Shown: in pieces, positions 30,993 to 39,002 of the stretch
How the letters are laid out: every line of letters begins with the position of its first letter
How positions within the stretch are numbered: the first letter of the stretch is position 1
DNA from: Bradyrhizobium sp.
GTDB taxonomy: Bacteria > Pseudomonadota > Alphaproteobacteria > Rhizobiales > Xanthobacteraceae
NCBI RefSeq assembly: GCF_049581145.1
Contig: NZ_JBAURI010000555.1
Coordinates: forward strand, 1 to 50,481
Direction of reading: 5' to 3'
Length of the DNA stretch: 50,481 nt
Notes under the pieces: model-generated
Told to the model about the DNA's origin: nothing
Databases searched by the model: none
The model's input: the letters and a program-made list of their open reading frames with translations, nothing else
Position numbers and translations under genes: made by a program

Positions 30993-33788
30993 ATGCCTCC
31001 GGCGATCCCGATCGCGACCTACCGGCTGCAGCTGACCAAGGATTTCAATTTCGAGCAGGCCGCGCAGGTCGTGCCCTATCTGAAGGCGCTCGGCATCACC
31101 CATCTCTATGCCTCGCCGTTCATGAAGGCGCGCAAGGGCTCGACCCACGGCTATGACGTCGTCGACCACACCAAGCTCAATCCGGAGCTTGGCGGCGAGG
31201 CCGGCTTCGCGGTGCTGAGTGCCGCGCTGAAGCAGCATGATCTCGGCCTGATCCTCGATTTCGTCCCCAACCATGTCGGCGTGCATTATGCGGACAATCC
31301 GTGGTGGCTCGACGTGCTGGAATGGGGACCGGCCTCGCCGCATGCGGTCTCCTTCGACATCGACTGGGAGCAGTTGCCGCACCGCGCGCGCGGCGGCGTG
31401 CTGCTGCCGATCATCGGCTCGTCCTACGGGAACGCGCTGGAGCGCGGCGAGATCGAGCTGCGCTACGATCCAGGCGAAGGCAGCTTCTCGTGCTGGTACT
31501 TCGAGCATCGCCTGCCGATCGCGCCGGAGCGCTATGGCGAGATACTGCGGATCATCGTCCAGGCAGCCGGCGTCGAGGCGAGCGAGGCCGGGCGCCGCGT
31601 CCTCGCACTCGCCTCGCGCCACACCGGATTGCGCCATCCCAATCGCACCGAGGCCCCGGGCTTCAAGGCTGAGCTGAAGGCCATCGAGGGCGGCGCCGAG
31701 ATTATCGCACGCGGGCTCGACGCATATCGCGCGGGCCCTGACCGCACTGCCGAGACGCTGGCCCTGCATCATCTGCTTGAACGCCAGCACTACAAGCTCG
31801 GCCACTGGCGGCTCGCCTCCAGCGATATCAACTACCGCCGCTTCTTCGATGTCAACACGCTGGCGGGACTGCGGGTCGAGGATGCCGCAACCTTCGACGC
31901 CGCGCATCGGCTGGTGCGACGGCTGATCGAGGAGGATAAGTTGCAGGGGCTGCGGCTCGACCATATCGACGGCCTGCGCGATCCCGCGCAATATTTCCAG
32001 CGTCTGCGCCGGCTGATCCGCGACGCGCACGGCCAGGACGGCAAGCCCTTCTATCTCGTGGTGGAGAAAATCCTTGGCGAAGGCGAGAAGCTGCTTGGCT
32101 TCACCGGCGTGCACGGCACCACCGGCTATGAGTGGATGAACGTCATCAGCCACGTCCTGATCGACGCCAAGGGCCTCGAGCCGCTGGACGAGATCTGGCG
32201 TCAGATCTCTAGCACGCCGCCCCGGCTCGCGCCGGTGCTCCGAGACGCCAAGCGCAGGGTGCTGCGCACCTTGCTGACCAGCGAATTCACGGTCTTGAGC
32301 CGGCTGCTCGCGCGCATCGCCGACGGGCATTATTCCACCCGCGACTATTCCGCCGACAGCCTGCGCGAGGCGCTCGAACTCTACGTGCTGCACTTTCCGG
32401 TCTATCGCACCTATCTGACCTCGGCGGCCCCGAGCGTGCACGACCGCGAATTGATCGCGCGGACCATCGCGCTGGCGCGCGCCGACTGGTTCGCCGCCGA
32501 CGAAGGCATTTTCGACTTTCTCCGCGACGCCATCACCATGGACCTGATCAAGTCGGGACGGACCGCACATAGCGCGCCGCGGGTGCGCCGGTTTGCGCTG
32601 AAGCTGCAGCAGTTCACCGGTCCGCTGATGGCGAAGTCGCTCGAGGATACGGCGTTCTACCGCTACCATCGGCTGCTTGCGCTGAACGAAGTCGGCGGCG
32701 ACCCTTCCGCCAAGGGGCTGGCGGTCACCGACTTCCATGCCATGATGCGGAGCCGCGCCAGGGAATGGCCGCACGGCATGACCGCAACCGCGACCCACGA
32801 CACCAAGCGCGGCGAAGACGCCCGCGCGCGGCTGATGGCGTTGACGGAGATCGCCGGCGAATGGAGCAGCACGGTCGCAAAATGGAAGGTGCTGAACGCG
32901 CCGCATCTGGTCACCAACGGCGAGATACGCGCACCGTCGGTGACTGCGGAATACATGCTCTATCAGGCGCTGCTCGGCGCATGGCCGGTCGACGATCAGG
33001 ACGACGCGTTCCTCGAGCGGATGCAGGGCTACGCGCTGAAGGCAGCGCGCGAAGGCAAGCAGGAGACGAGCTGGCTCAATCCCAACGAGTCCTACGAGGC
33101 GGGACTGCAAACGTTCATCGAACGGATTCTGGATCGCTCGGCTTCGAGCGAGTTTCTCGGCTCGCTTGCAACATTGGCGCAGCGCGTCGCGCTGTTGGGC
33201 GCGCTCAATTCGCTGAGCCAGCTCACCTTGAAGGCGACGATGCCGGGCGTGCCGGATTTCTACCAGGGCACGGAATTCTGGGATCTGTCGCTGGTCGACC
33301 CCGACAACCGCCGGCCGGTCGATTTCGACGAACGCGCGGCCGTGCTGGCGGCGACTCGCGCTCCCGACTGGGAGGCGCTTGCGCAAGATTGGCCCAACGG
33401 TCACGTCAAACTGGCCTGGACCGCGCATCTCCTCAAGCTCCGCACCGACATGGCCGACGTCTTCGCCTATGGCGATTATCGGCCGCTCGAGGTGAGCGGG
33501 CCGGATCGCGACCATGTCATTGCCTTTGCTCGTCGCCGCGGCAAGGACGCCGCGATCATCGTGGCGACCCGTTTGTTCGCCGCCGTCTCGCAAGCCGGTC
33601 GGGTCTGGCCCTCGGTGGGACAGCTTGACGGCGCGATCAACCTGGCAGGGTTCGAGATCGACGGCGTGACCGATCCGGCGACGTCGAGCCTTCCACTGGC
33701 TTCGCTGCTGCGGCATCTGCCGGTGGCGGTGCTGAAGGCGCGCTTTGTCGGCGCCGCGAGACCGGCGCGAATGCGCGTCAGCGCCTGA
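30993..33788 (+). CDS. treY: Malto-oligosyltrehalose synthase
   Basis: ATYRLQ, GSTHGYDVVD, DFVPNH, INYRRFFDVN, RLDHIDGL, VEKIL, THDTKRGED, PDFYQG, LVDPDNRRPVD. ATG at 30993 after GGAGG. Confidence 0.95.
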   Translation: MPPAIPIATYRLQLTKDFNFEQAAQVVPYLKALGITHLYASPFMKARKGSTHGYDVVDHTKLNPELGGEAGFAVLSAALKQHDLGLILDFVPNHVGVHYADNPWWLDVLEWGPASPHAVSFDIDWEQLPHRARGGVLLPIIGSSYGNALERGEIELRYDPGEGSFSCWYFEHRLPIAPERYGEILRIIVQAAGVEASEAGRRVLALASRHTGLRHPNRTEAPGFKAELKAIEGGAEIIARGLDAYRAGPDRTAETLALHHLLERQHYKLGHWRLASSDINYRRFFDVNTLAGLRVEDAATFDAAHRLVRRLIEEDKLQGLRLDHIDGLRDPAQYFQRLRRLIRDAHGQDGKPFYLVVEKILGEGEKLLGFTGVHGTTGYEWMNVISHVLIDAKGLEPLDEIWRQISSTPPRLAPVLRDAKRRVLRTLLTSEFTVLSRLLARIADGHYSTRDYSADSLREALELYVLHFPVYRTYLTSAAPSVHDRELIARTIALARADWFAADEGIFDFLRDAITMDLIKSGRTAHSAPRVRRFALKLQQFTGPLMAKSLEDTAFYRYHRLLALNEVGGDPSAKGLAVTDFHAMMRSRAREWPHGMTATATHDTKRGEDARARLMALTEIAGEWSSTVAKWKVLNAPHLVTNGEIRAPSVTAEYMLYQALLGAWPVDDQDDAFLERMQGYALKAAREGKQETSWLNPNESYEAGLQTFIERILDRSASSEFLGSLATLAQRVALLGALNSLSQLTLKATMPGVPDFYQGTEFWDLSLVDPDNRRPVDFDERAAVLAATRAPDWEALAQDWPNGHVKLAWTAHLLKLRTDMADVFAYGDYRPLEVSGPDRDHVIAFARRRGKDAAIIVATRLFAAVSQAGRVWPSVGQLDGAINLAGFEIDGVTDPATSSLPLASLLRHLPVAVLKARFVGAARPARMRVSA

Positions 33789-34100
33789 TCAGCTCTTCTT
33801 GGTCAACAGCAGAGTACCGCGGTCGCGGATCATCGCCTGGGCCGCCTGGGCAAACCGCTGCAACAGCCACGGCAGCATCACTTCCAGCCGGACATGCTCC
33901 TCGGCGACGTCGATGTGACCGGACGCCGCCTGCCCCAGCGCGCGGACACGAAAGAACATGTGGTCCCCGTCCCAGCGCTCCTCGTCCACCTTCAGCACCG
34001 GAACGCTGGTGGCCGCGCGGGTCAGACCTGACTTGAGACGACGAACCGCTTCCTCGCGCCCCAGGCGATGCGGGATCAGAACGACGAGTGGTGCGGACAT
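33789..34100 (-). CDS. Polyhydroxyalkanoic-acid-system (PHA granule region) family small protein
   Basis: 103 aa MSAPLVVLIPHRLGREEAVRRLK...G.IDV.E.HVRLEV.LPWLL, the family pattern. Confidence 0.7.
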   Translation of the reverse strand: MSAPLVVLIPHRLGREEAVRRLKSGLTRAATSVPVLKVDEERWDGDHMFFRVRALGQAASGHIDVAEEHVRLEVMLPWLLQRFAQAAQAMIRDRGTLLLTKKS

Positions 34101-34184
34101 GCAACAATCCTTTCCAATCTTCCTGATGTAGTCGGATTCGCCTCGAAAAAAAGGGCAGAGCGATTTTATCGCGGCGCAAGAGGC

Positions 34185-34209
34185 GGAACTTTCAAGGTTC
34201 CCGCAAGTT
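34185..34209 (+). promoter_or_regulatory. EcfG-type promoter for the DUF3309-like gene
   Basis: GGAAC-tttcaaggttcccgca-AGTT (N16), ~57 bp upstream of ATG 34266. Confidence 0.6.
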
Positions 34210-34265
34210 TCTCCGGCGCACAACACAGCAAGCAAGCGCCCACTGAGGGGCTGAGGAGAGCTTAA

Positions 34266-34430
34266 ATGTCTATCGGTACGATCATCCTGATCATTCTCGT
34301 CATCGCGCTGCTGGGCGGATTCAGCGGCATCGGCGGCGGTCCGTTCTATGGCACCGGTTATTACGGCGGCGGCGGTCTTGGCCTCATCATCGTCATCCTG
34401 GTGATCCTGTTACTACTCGGGCGCCTCTGA
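34266..34430 (+). CDS. DUF3309-like small membrane protein (54 aa; not in the ORF track)
   Basis: MSIGTIILIILVIALLGGFSGIGGGPFYGTGYYGGGGLGLIIVILVILLLLGRL*, RBS GAGGAG, two hydrophobic helices around a Gly/Tyr loop. Confidence 0.85.
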   Translation: MSIGTIILIILVIALLGGFSGIGGGPFYGTGYYGGGGLGLIIVILVILLLLGRL

Positions 34431-34445
34431 GCCGGCCTGATACTC

Positions 34446-34516
34446 GTCATTCCGGGGCGCGCTTCGCGCAATGACCTCCAGATTCCGGGTTCGCGCTAGG
34501 CGCGCCCCGGAATGAC
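34446..34516. repeat. REP/RIME-like palindromic element between convergent genes
   Basis: Perfect 17-bp inverted repeat GTCATTCCGGGGCGCGC (34446-34462) / GCGCGCCCCGGAATGAC (34500-34516). Confidence 0.75.
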
Positions 34517-34525
34517 CAAACCCAA

Positions 34526-37210
34526 CTAACTCTTCCCCGACAGCTTCCTGATCGCCGCCTTGATCGATGACGCCGCCTCATCATAGGCCTGCCATGCCTT
34601 CGACCTGGCGAGCAGAGTTGGCGCGGTGCGGATGGTGAAGCGCTTCGGGTCGAGTTCACCCTTCACCTGCGCCCAGGTCAGCGGCATCGACACGGTGGCG
34701 CCCTGGCGCGCCCGCGGCGACAGCACCGCGACCGCGGTCGACATCCGGTCGTTGCGCAGATAGTCCAGGAAGATCTTTCCCTTGCGCAGCTGCTTCGACA
34801 TGTTGAGCAGATAGCGATCGGGATCTTCGCTGGCCATCAATTGGCAGACGCCCTGCGCGAAGGCCTTTGCCTCCTTCCACGTCACGCTGTGTTTCGCGCC
34901 GCAAAGCAGCGGCACGACGACATGCAGCCCCTTGCCGCCGGTGGTTTTGCAGAAGCTCTCCATGCCGAGACCGGCAAGATGCTGCCGCATCTCACTGGCC
35001 GCCTCCACGACCGCGGCGAAGTCGACGTCAGGCGCGGGATCGAGATCGAACACCAGCCGGCCCGGCGTATCATAGGCATTCGGTGCGCAATTCCAGGGAT
35101 GCAGCTCGAGGCCGCCGAGCTGCGCGACCGCGGCCAGCCCCTCGATGCGGTCGATCTGCAGATAGGGCTTGCGGTCGCCGGACACCTTGACCAGCTCGAG
35201 CAGTTTTGAGGTCCCCGGCATCGCGTGCCGCTGGAAGAACTGCTGGCCCTTGATGCCGTCCGGGGCGCGGACGATCGAGCATGGCCGTCCCTTGATGTAG
35301 CCGATGATCCATTCGCCGACCGCCTCGAAATAGCGCGCGAGATCGAGCTTGGTGACGCCTCGCCCGTCGCCGCCGTCGGGCCATAGCTCCTTGTCCGGCT
35401 TGGAGATGACGACGCTCATCACCTCCGACGATTTGCGGTCCGACGATTTGGTTGGCGGCAATTTGGGCCGCGCCGCGCCCGCCTTGGCGGATTTCGCGGC
35501 GGACCTGGCAAGGGCGGGCCGAGCGATGCTGACCATGTGCGGGGTCTCCGCCACGATCTCGGCGGACGGCTTGTCGAGCCGCAGCCCCTTGAACGCCGCC
35601 TGCCGTACATTGCCGTCGGCGGTCCACCCCGCGAACTCGATTTCAGCGACCAGGTCGGGCTTGAGCCAATGCACCTCGCGCGTCTTGCGCGGGGCATTGT
35701 TGCCGCCGAACGGGCTTTCGTCGGATGCCGCCTGCTTCAGCGCCGGCATGATGCGTTTAACCTTGTCCTGGCCAAATCCGGTGCCGACAATGCCGACATA
35801 GGCGAGATGATCGCCGCGATGCACCCCCGCCATCAGCGAACGGAATTTGCCGTTGGTGGTCTTCCAGCCGCCGAGCACCACCTCCTGGCCAGCACGCACC
35901 TTGGCCTTGGTCCAGCTTTCCGAGCGGCCCGAACGATAGGGCGCACTGAGCTTCTTCGAGACGATGCCTTCCAGCGACAGCTTGCGCGCCGACGCCATGA
36001 CATCCTCGCCCTCGGCCTCGAAATGCTCGACATAGCGGATGCACTTGCGCTGGTTCTCAGGGGCCGCCTTCAGCAATTGCCTCAGCCGCGCCTTGCGTTC
36101 GCCGAGCGGCAGGCGACGGAGATCCGCACCATCGGCGCACAGCAGGTCAAAAGCGAAGAAAATCAACTGATCGGTCTTGCCATCGGCAATCGCCGCCTGC
36201 AGGGCCGAGAAATCCGGCACGCCGTTGTGGTCGAGCGCCACGATCTCGCCGTCGACCAGCGCGTCGGGCAGGCCGCCGGCTTCCTTGGCAATGGCACCGA
36301 ACTTGTCGGTCCAGTCCAGACCCTTGCGGGTTTTCAGGGTAGCCTCGCCACCTTCGACACGCAATTGCACGCGATAGCCGTCGAACTTGATTTCGTGGCA
36401 CCAGCCCTCGCCGCCGGGCGGGCTCTCCACCGAGGTGCAGAGCTGCGGCGCGACGAAATCGGGTATCGCCGCGACCTTTTTGGCTTTCGCTGGTGACAAT
36501 TTCGGCGTGGCCACATCGGCCGCACGCGCCTCCGCGGCCGTGCCGCGATTGGAATGCCAGACAGCGTCCGCATTCATCCGGCGCGTCTTCCCCGCGGTTT
36601 TGGCCAGCATGAACGGCTTCGGCGCTTTGCCCTTGCCCGCAGCGATCTGCGCCATGGTCCGTCCCGAGGCCACGGAGCGATCCTCATCGAGCACGTCATT
36701 GGCCTCGCCCTCCCGCGCGTATTCGTCGCGGTGCTTGATCAGGAGCCAGTTGGTGCGCTTGCCGCCGTCGCGATCCCGGCGCATCCGGACCAGCACCCAG
36801 CTGCCGTGCAGCTTGTCGCCGTCGAGCGTGAATTTCAGGTCGCCTTTCTTGAAGCCACGCTCCGGATCGTCGGAGTCCCAATAGCCGCGATCCCAGAGCT
36901 GCACGGTGCCGCCGCCATATTCACTCGCGGGAATGGTGCCTTCGAAGTCGCCGTAATCGAGCGGATGATCTTCGACCTCAACCGCCAGCCTCTTGTCGTG
37001 CGGGTCGAGCGAGGGACCGCGCGTCACCGCCCAGGACTTGAAGACGCCGTCGAATTCGAGCCTGAGGTCGTAATGCAGCCGCGTCGCATCATGCTTCTGG
37101 ATCACGAAGCGGCGCCGCTCCGACGGCGCGACCTTGACCTCGCCCGAGGGCTCGGCAGTCTTCTCGAAATCCCGCTTCTTCCGATAGGTGGATAGTTTCC
37201 CGGGTGCCAC
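34526..37210 (-). CDS. ligD: NHEJ DNA ligase D (phosphoesterase-ligase-polymerase)
   Basis: PE domain [15 protein letters not shown]; ligase [14 protein letters not shown]; polymerase [25 protein letters not shown] start. Confidence 0.95.
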   Translation of the reverse strand: MAPGKLSTYRKKRDFEKTAEPSGEVKVAPSERRRFVIQKHDATRLHYDLRLEFDGVFKSWAVTRGPSLDPHDKRLAVEVEDHPLDYGDFEGTIPASEYGGGTVQLWDRGYWDSDDPERGFKKGDLKFTLDGDKLHGSWVLVRMRRDRDGGKRTNWLLIKHRDEYAREGEANDVLDEDRSVASGRTMAQIAAGKGKAPKPFMLAKTAGKTRRMNADAVWHSNRGTAAEARAADVATPKLSPAKAKKVAAIPDFVAPQLCTSVESPPGGEGWCHEIKFDGYRVQLRVEGGEATLKTRKGLDWTDKFGAIAKEAGGLPDALVDGEIVALDHNGVPDFSALQAAIADGKTDQLIFFAFDLLCADGADLRRLPLGERKARLRQLLKAAPENQRKCIRYVEHFEAEGEDVMASARKLSLEGIVSKKLSAPYRSGRSESWTKAKVRAGQEVVLGGWKTTNGKFRSLMAGVHRGDHLAYVGIVGTGFGQDKVKRIMPALKQAASDESPFGGNNAPRKTREVHWLKPDLVAEIEFAGWTADGNVRQAAFKGLRLDKPSAEIVAETPHMVSIARPALARSAAKSAKAGAARPKLPPTKSSDRKSSEVMSVVISKPDKELWPDGGDGRGVTKLDLARYFEAVGEWIIGYIKGRPCSIVRAPDGIKGQQFFQRHAMPGTSKLLELVKVSGDRKPYLQIDRIEGLAAVAQLGGLELHPWNCAPNAYDTPGRLVFDLDPAPDVDFAAVVEAASEMRQHLAGLGMESFCKTTGGKGLHVVVPLLCGAKHSVTWKEAKAFAQGVCQLMASEDPDRYLLNMSKQLRKGKIFLDYLRNDRMSTAVAVLSPRARQGATVSMPLTWAQVKGELDPKRFTIRTAPTLLARSKAWQAYDEAASSIKAAIRKLSGKS

Positions 37211-37319
37211 GGTCGATCCTGTGACTTGTTAGCTCGGCCCATCATGGGCCAAGACGGCGCATCGGCCAAGACACATGCCAAACGAGGCACAGGCCAAAGA
37301 CGCGCGCCAAGACATGTCC

Positions 37320-37352
37320 GGAACCAAAACCCGCAGCCCCCGTTGGAGTTCC
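37320..37352. promoter_or_regulatory. Overlapping divergent EcfG-type promoters for ku (+) and ligD (-)
   Basis: Plus strand GGAAC-N16-CGTT at 37320-37344 (full consensus); minus strand GGAAC-N16-GGTT at 37352-37328. Confidence 0.7.
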
Positions 37353-37381
37353 AGAAGTTATTGGAAATGCTGGAGATTGGC

Positions 37382-38263
37382 ATGGTCGCCCCACGCGCCT
37401 ATTGGAAGGGCTCACTGAAACTCTCGCTGGTGAGCTGCCCGGTGCTGCTCTATCCGGCCTCGACCACGATCGAGAAAACCCGCTTTCACTTGATCAACAA
37501 GGAGACCGGAAACCGGCTGAAACAGCAGCTCATCGACGCCGAGACCGGCGAGGTCGTGGACGGCGAGCAGAAGGCGCGCGGCTATGAGCTGACAAAAGGC
37601 AAATATGTCGAGATCGACAAGGACGAACTCGACGCCGTGCAGATCGAAAGCAACCACAGCATCGATATCGACAGTTTCGTGCCGCGAAACGAGATCGACA
37701 AGCGCTATCTCAACCATCCCTATTATATCGCTCCCGACGGCAAGGCCGGCCTCGACGCCTTCGCCGTCATCCGCGACGCCATGAAGGATCAGGACCGGGT
37801 CGCGCTGGCCCGCATCGTGCTGACCAACCGCGAGCACGTCATCGTCATCGAGCCGCTGGGCAAGGGCCTGCTCGGCACCACGCTGCGCTTTCCCTACGAG
37901 CTGCGCGATGCTGATGACTATTTCGACGATATCAAGAGCCCGAAGATCACCAAGGACATGGTCGAGCTGGCCGGCCACATCCTCGACAGCAAGGCAGCCC
38001 ATTTCGATCCCTCGAAATTCAAGGATGACTACGAGACCGCGCTGAAGACGCTGGTGAAGCGCAAGGCCGCCGGCAAGCCGGTCAAGCAAGCCGAGCCCGA
38101 GCAGCGGCCGAGCAATGTCATCAACCTGATGGACGCGCTGAAGCAGAGCCTGAAAGGACGAGCCACGGGAAAGAAGCCAGCGCGCGCGCCGGCACGGCGG
38201 CCGGCGCATCGCACGGCCCGCAAGCCGGAGCGATCATCGGCCCGGCGGCGGAAAGCGGGTTGA
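37382..38263 (+). CDS. ku: NHEJ Ku protein
   Basis: PRAYWKG.LKLSLV.CPV.LY, RGYE, IDIDSFV, PYYIAP, F.D.Y...L, NVINLMDALKQSL, basic tail. ATG 37382 after GGAG. Confidence 0.94.
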   Translation: MVAPRAYWKGSLKLSLVSCPVLLYPASTTIEKTRFHLINKETGNRLKQQLIDAETGEVVDGEQKARGYELTKGKYVEIDKDELDAVQIESNHSIDIDSFVPRNEIDKRYLNHPYYIAPDGKAGLDAFAVIRDAMKDQDRVALARIVLTNREHVIVIEPLGKGLLGTTLRFPYELRDADDYFDDIKSPKITKDMVELAGHILDSKAAHFDPSKFKDDYETALKTLVKRKAAGKPVKQAEPEQRPSNVINLMDALKQSLKGRATGKKPARAPARRPAHRTARKPERSSARRRKAG

Positions 38264-38312
38264 GCGCCGTCGAGAGATCGTAGCGCAACTCCAGAGCCGC
38301 GAGCGGAAGATG

Positions 38313-39002
38313 CTAATCCGGCGCGCGCAGGCGATAGCCGATGCCGGTTTCCGTCAGCACGAATTGCGGACGCTCGGGATCGACCTCGATCTTCTGGCGG
38401 AGCTGGCGCACATAGACCCGCAGATATTGCGCGTCGGTCAGTTCGTCCCACAGCTCCTTCAACAGGAAACGGTGGGTCAGGACCTTGCCGGCATGCTGCA
38501 CCAGCACCCGCAACAGCTCGTACTCCTTCGGCGACAGCTTCACGTCCTTGTCGCCGACCTTGACGATGCGCCGCACCAGATCCACCGAGAGATCGCCGGA
38601 GCGGAACACCGGGCGTTCGCCATGGACCTGCAGCTGGTGCCGCAACGCCGCGCGCAGCCGCGCGAGCAGCTCATCCATGCCGAACGGCTTGGTCAGATAA
38701 TCGTCGGCGCCGAGATCGAGCGCCTGCACCTTGCCGGCCTCGTCGCCACGGCTCGACAGCACCACGATCGGGACGGAATCGTCGCGGCCGCGGATCATGC
38801 GCAGCAGCTCATGGCCCTGGATGTCCGGCAGGCCGAGATCGAGAATGATCAGTGCGGGATTTTGCGACATCAGCTCCAGCGCGATCTTGCCGTTGGAGGC
38901 TTCCAGGATCTCGTAACCCTGCGTGCTCAGCCCCATCCGCAGCAATTTCCGGATCGGCGGCTCGTCATCGATCACCAGCACCTTGATCGGCAGTGCGCTC
39001 AT
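38313..39002 (-). CDS. kdpE: Response regulator KdpE (OmpR family)
   Basis: VIDDEPPIR, LDLGLPD, GADDYLTKPF, YLRVYVRQLRQKIE.DP.RP, TETGIGYRL. Confidence 0.95.
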   Translation of the reverse strand: MSALPIKVLVIDDEPPIRKLLRMGLSTQGYEILEASNGKIALELMSQNPALIILDLGLPDIQGHELLRMIRGRDDSVPIVVLSSRGDEAGKVQALDLGADDYLTKPFGMDELLARLRAALRHQLQVHGERPVFRSGDLSVDLVRRIVKVGDKDVKLSPKEYELLRVLVQHAGKVLTHRFLLKELWDELTDAQYLRVYVRQLRQKIEVDPERPQFVLTETGIGYRLRAPD

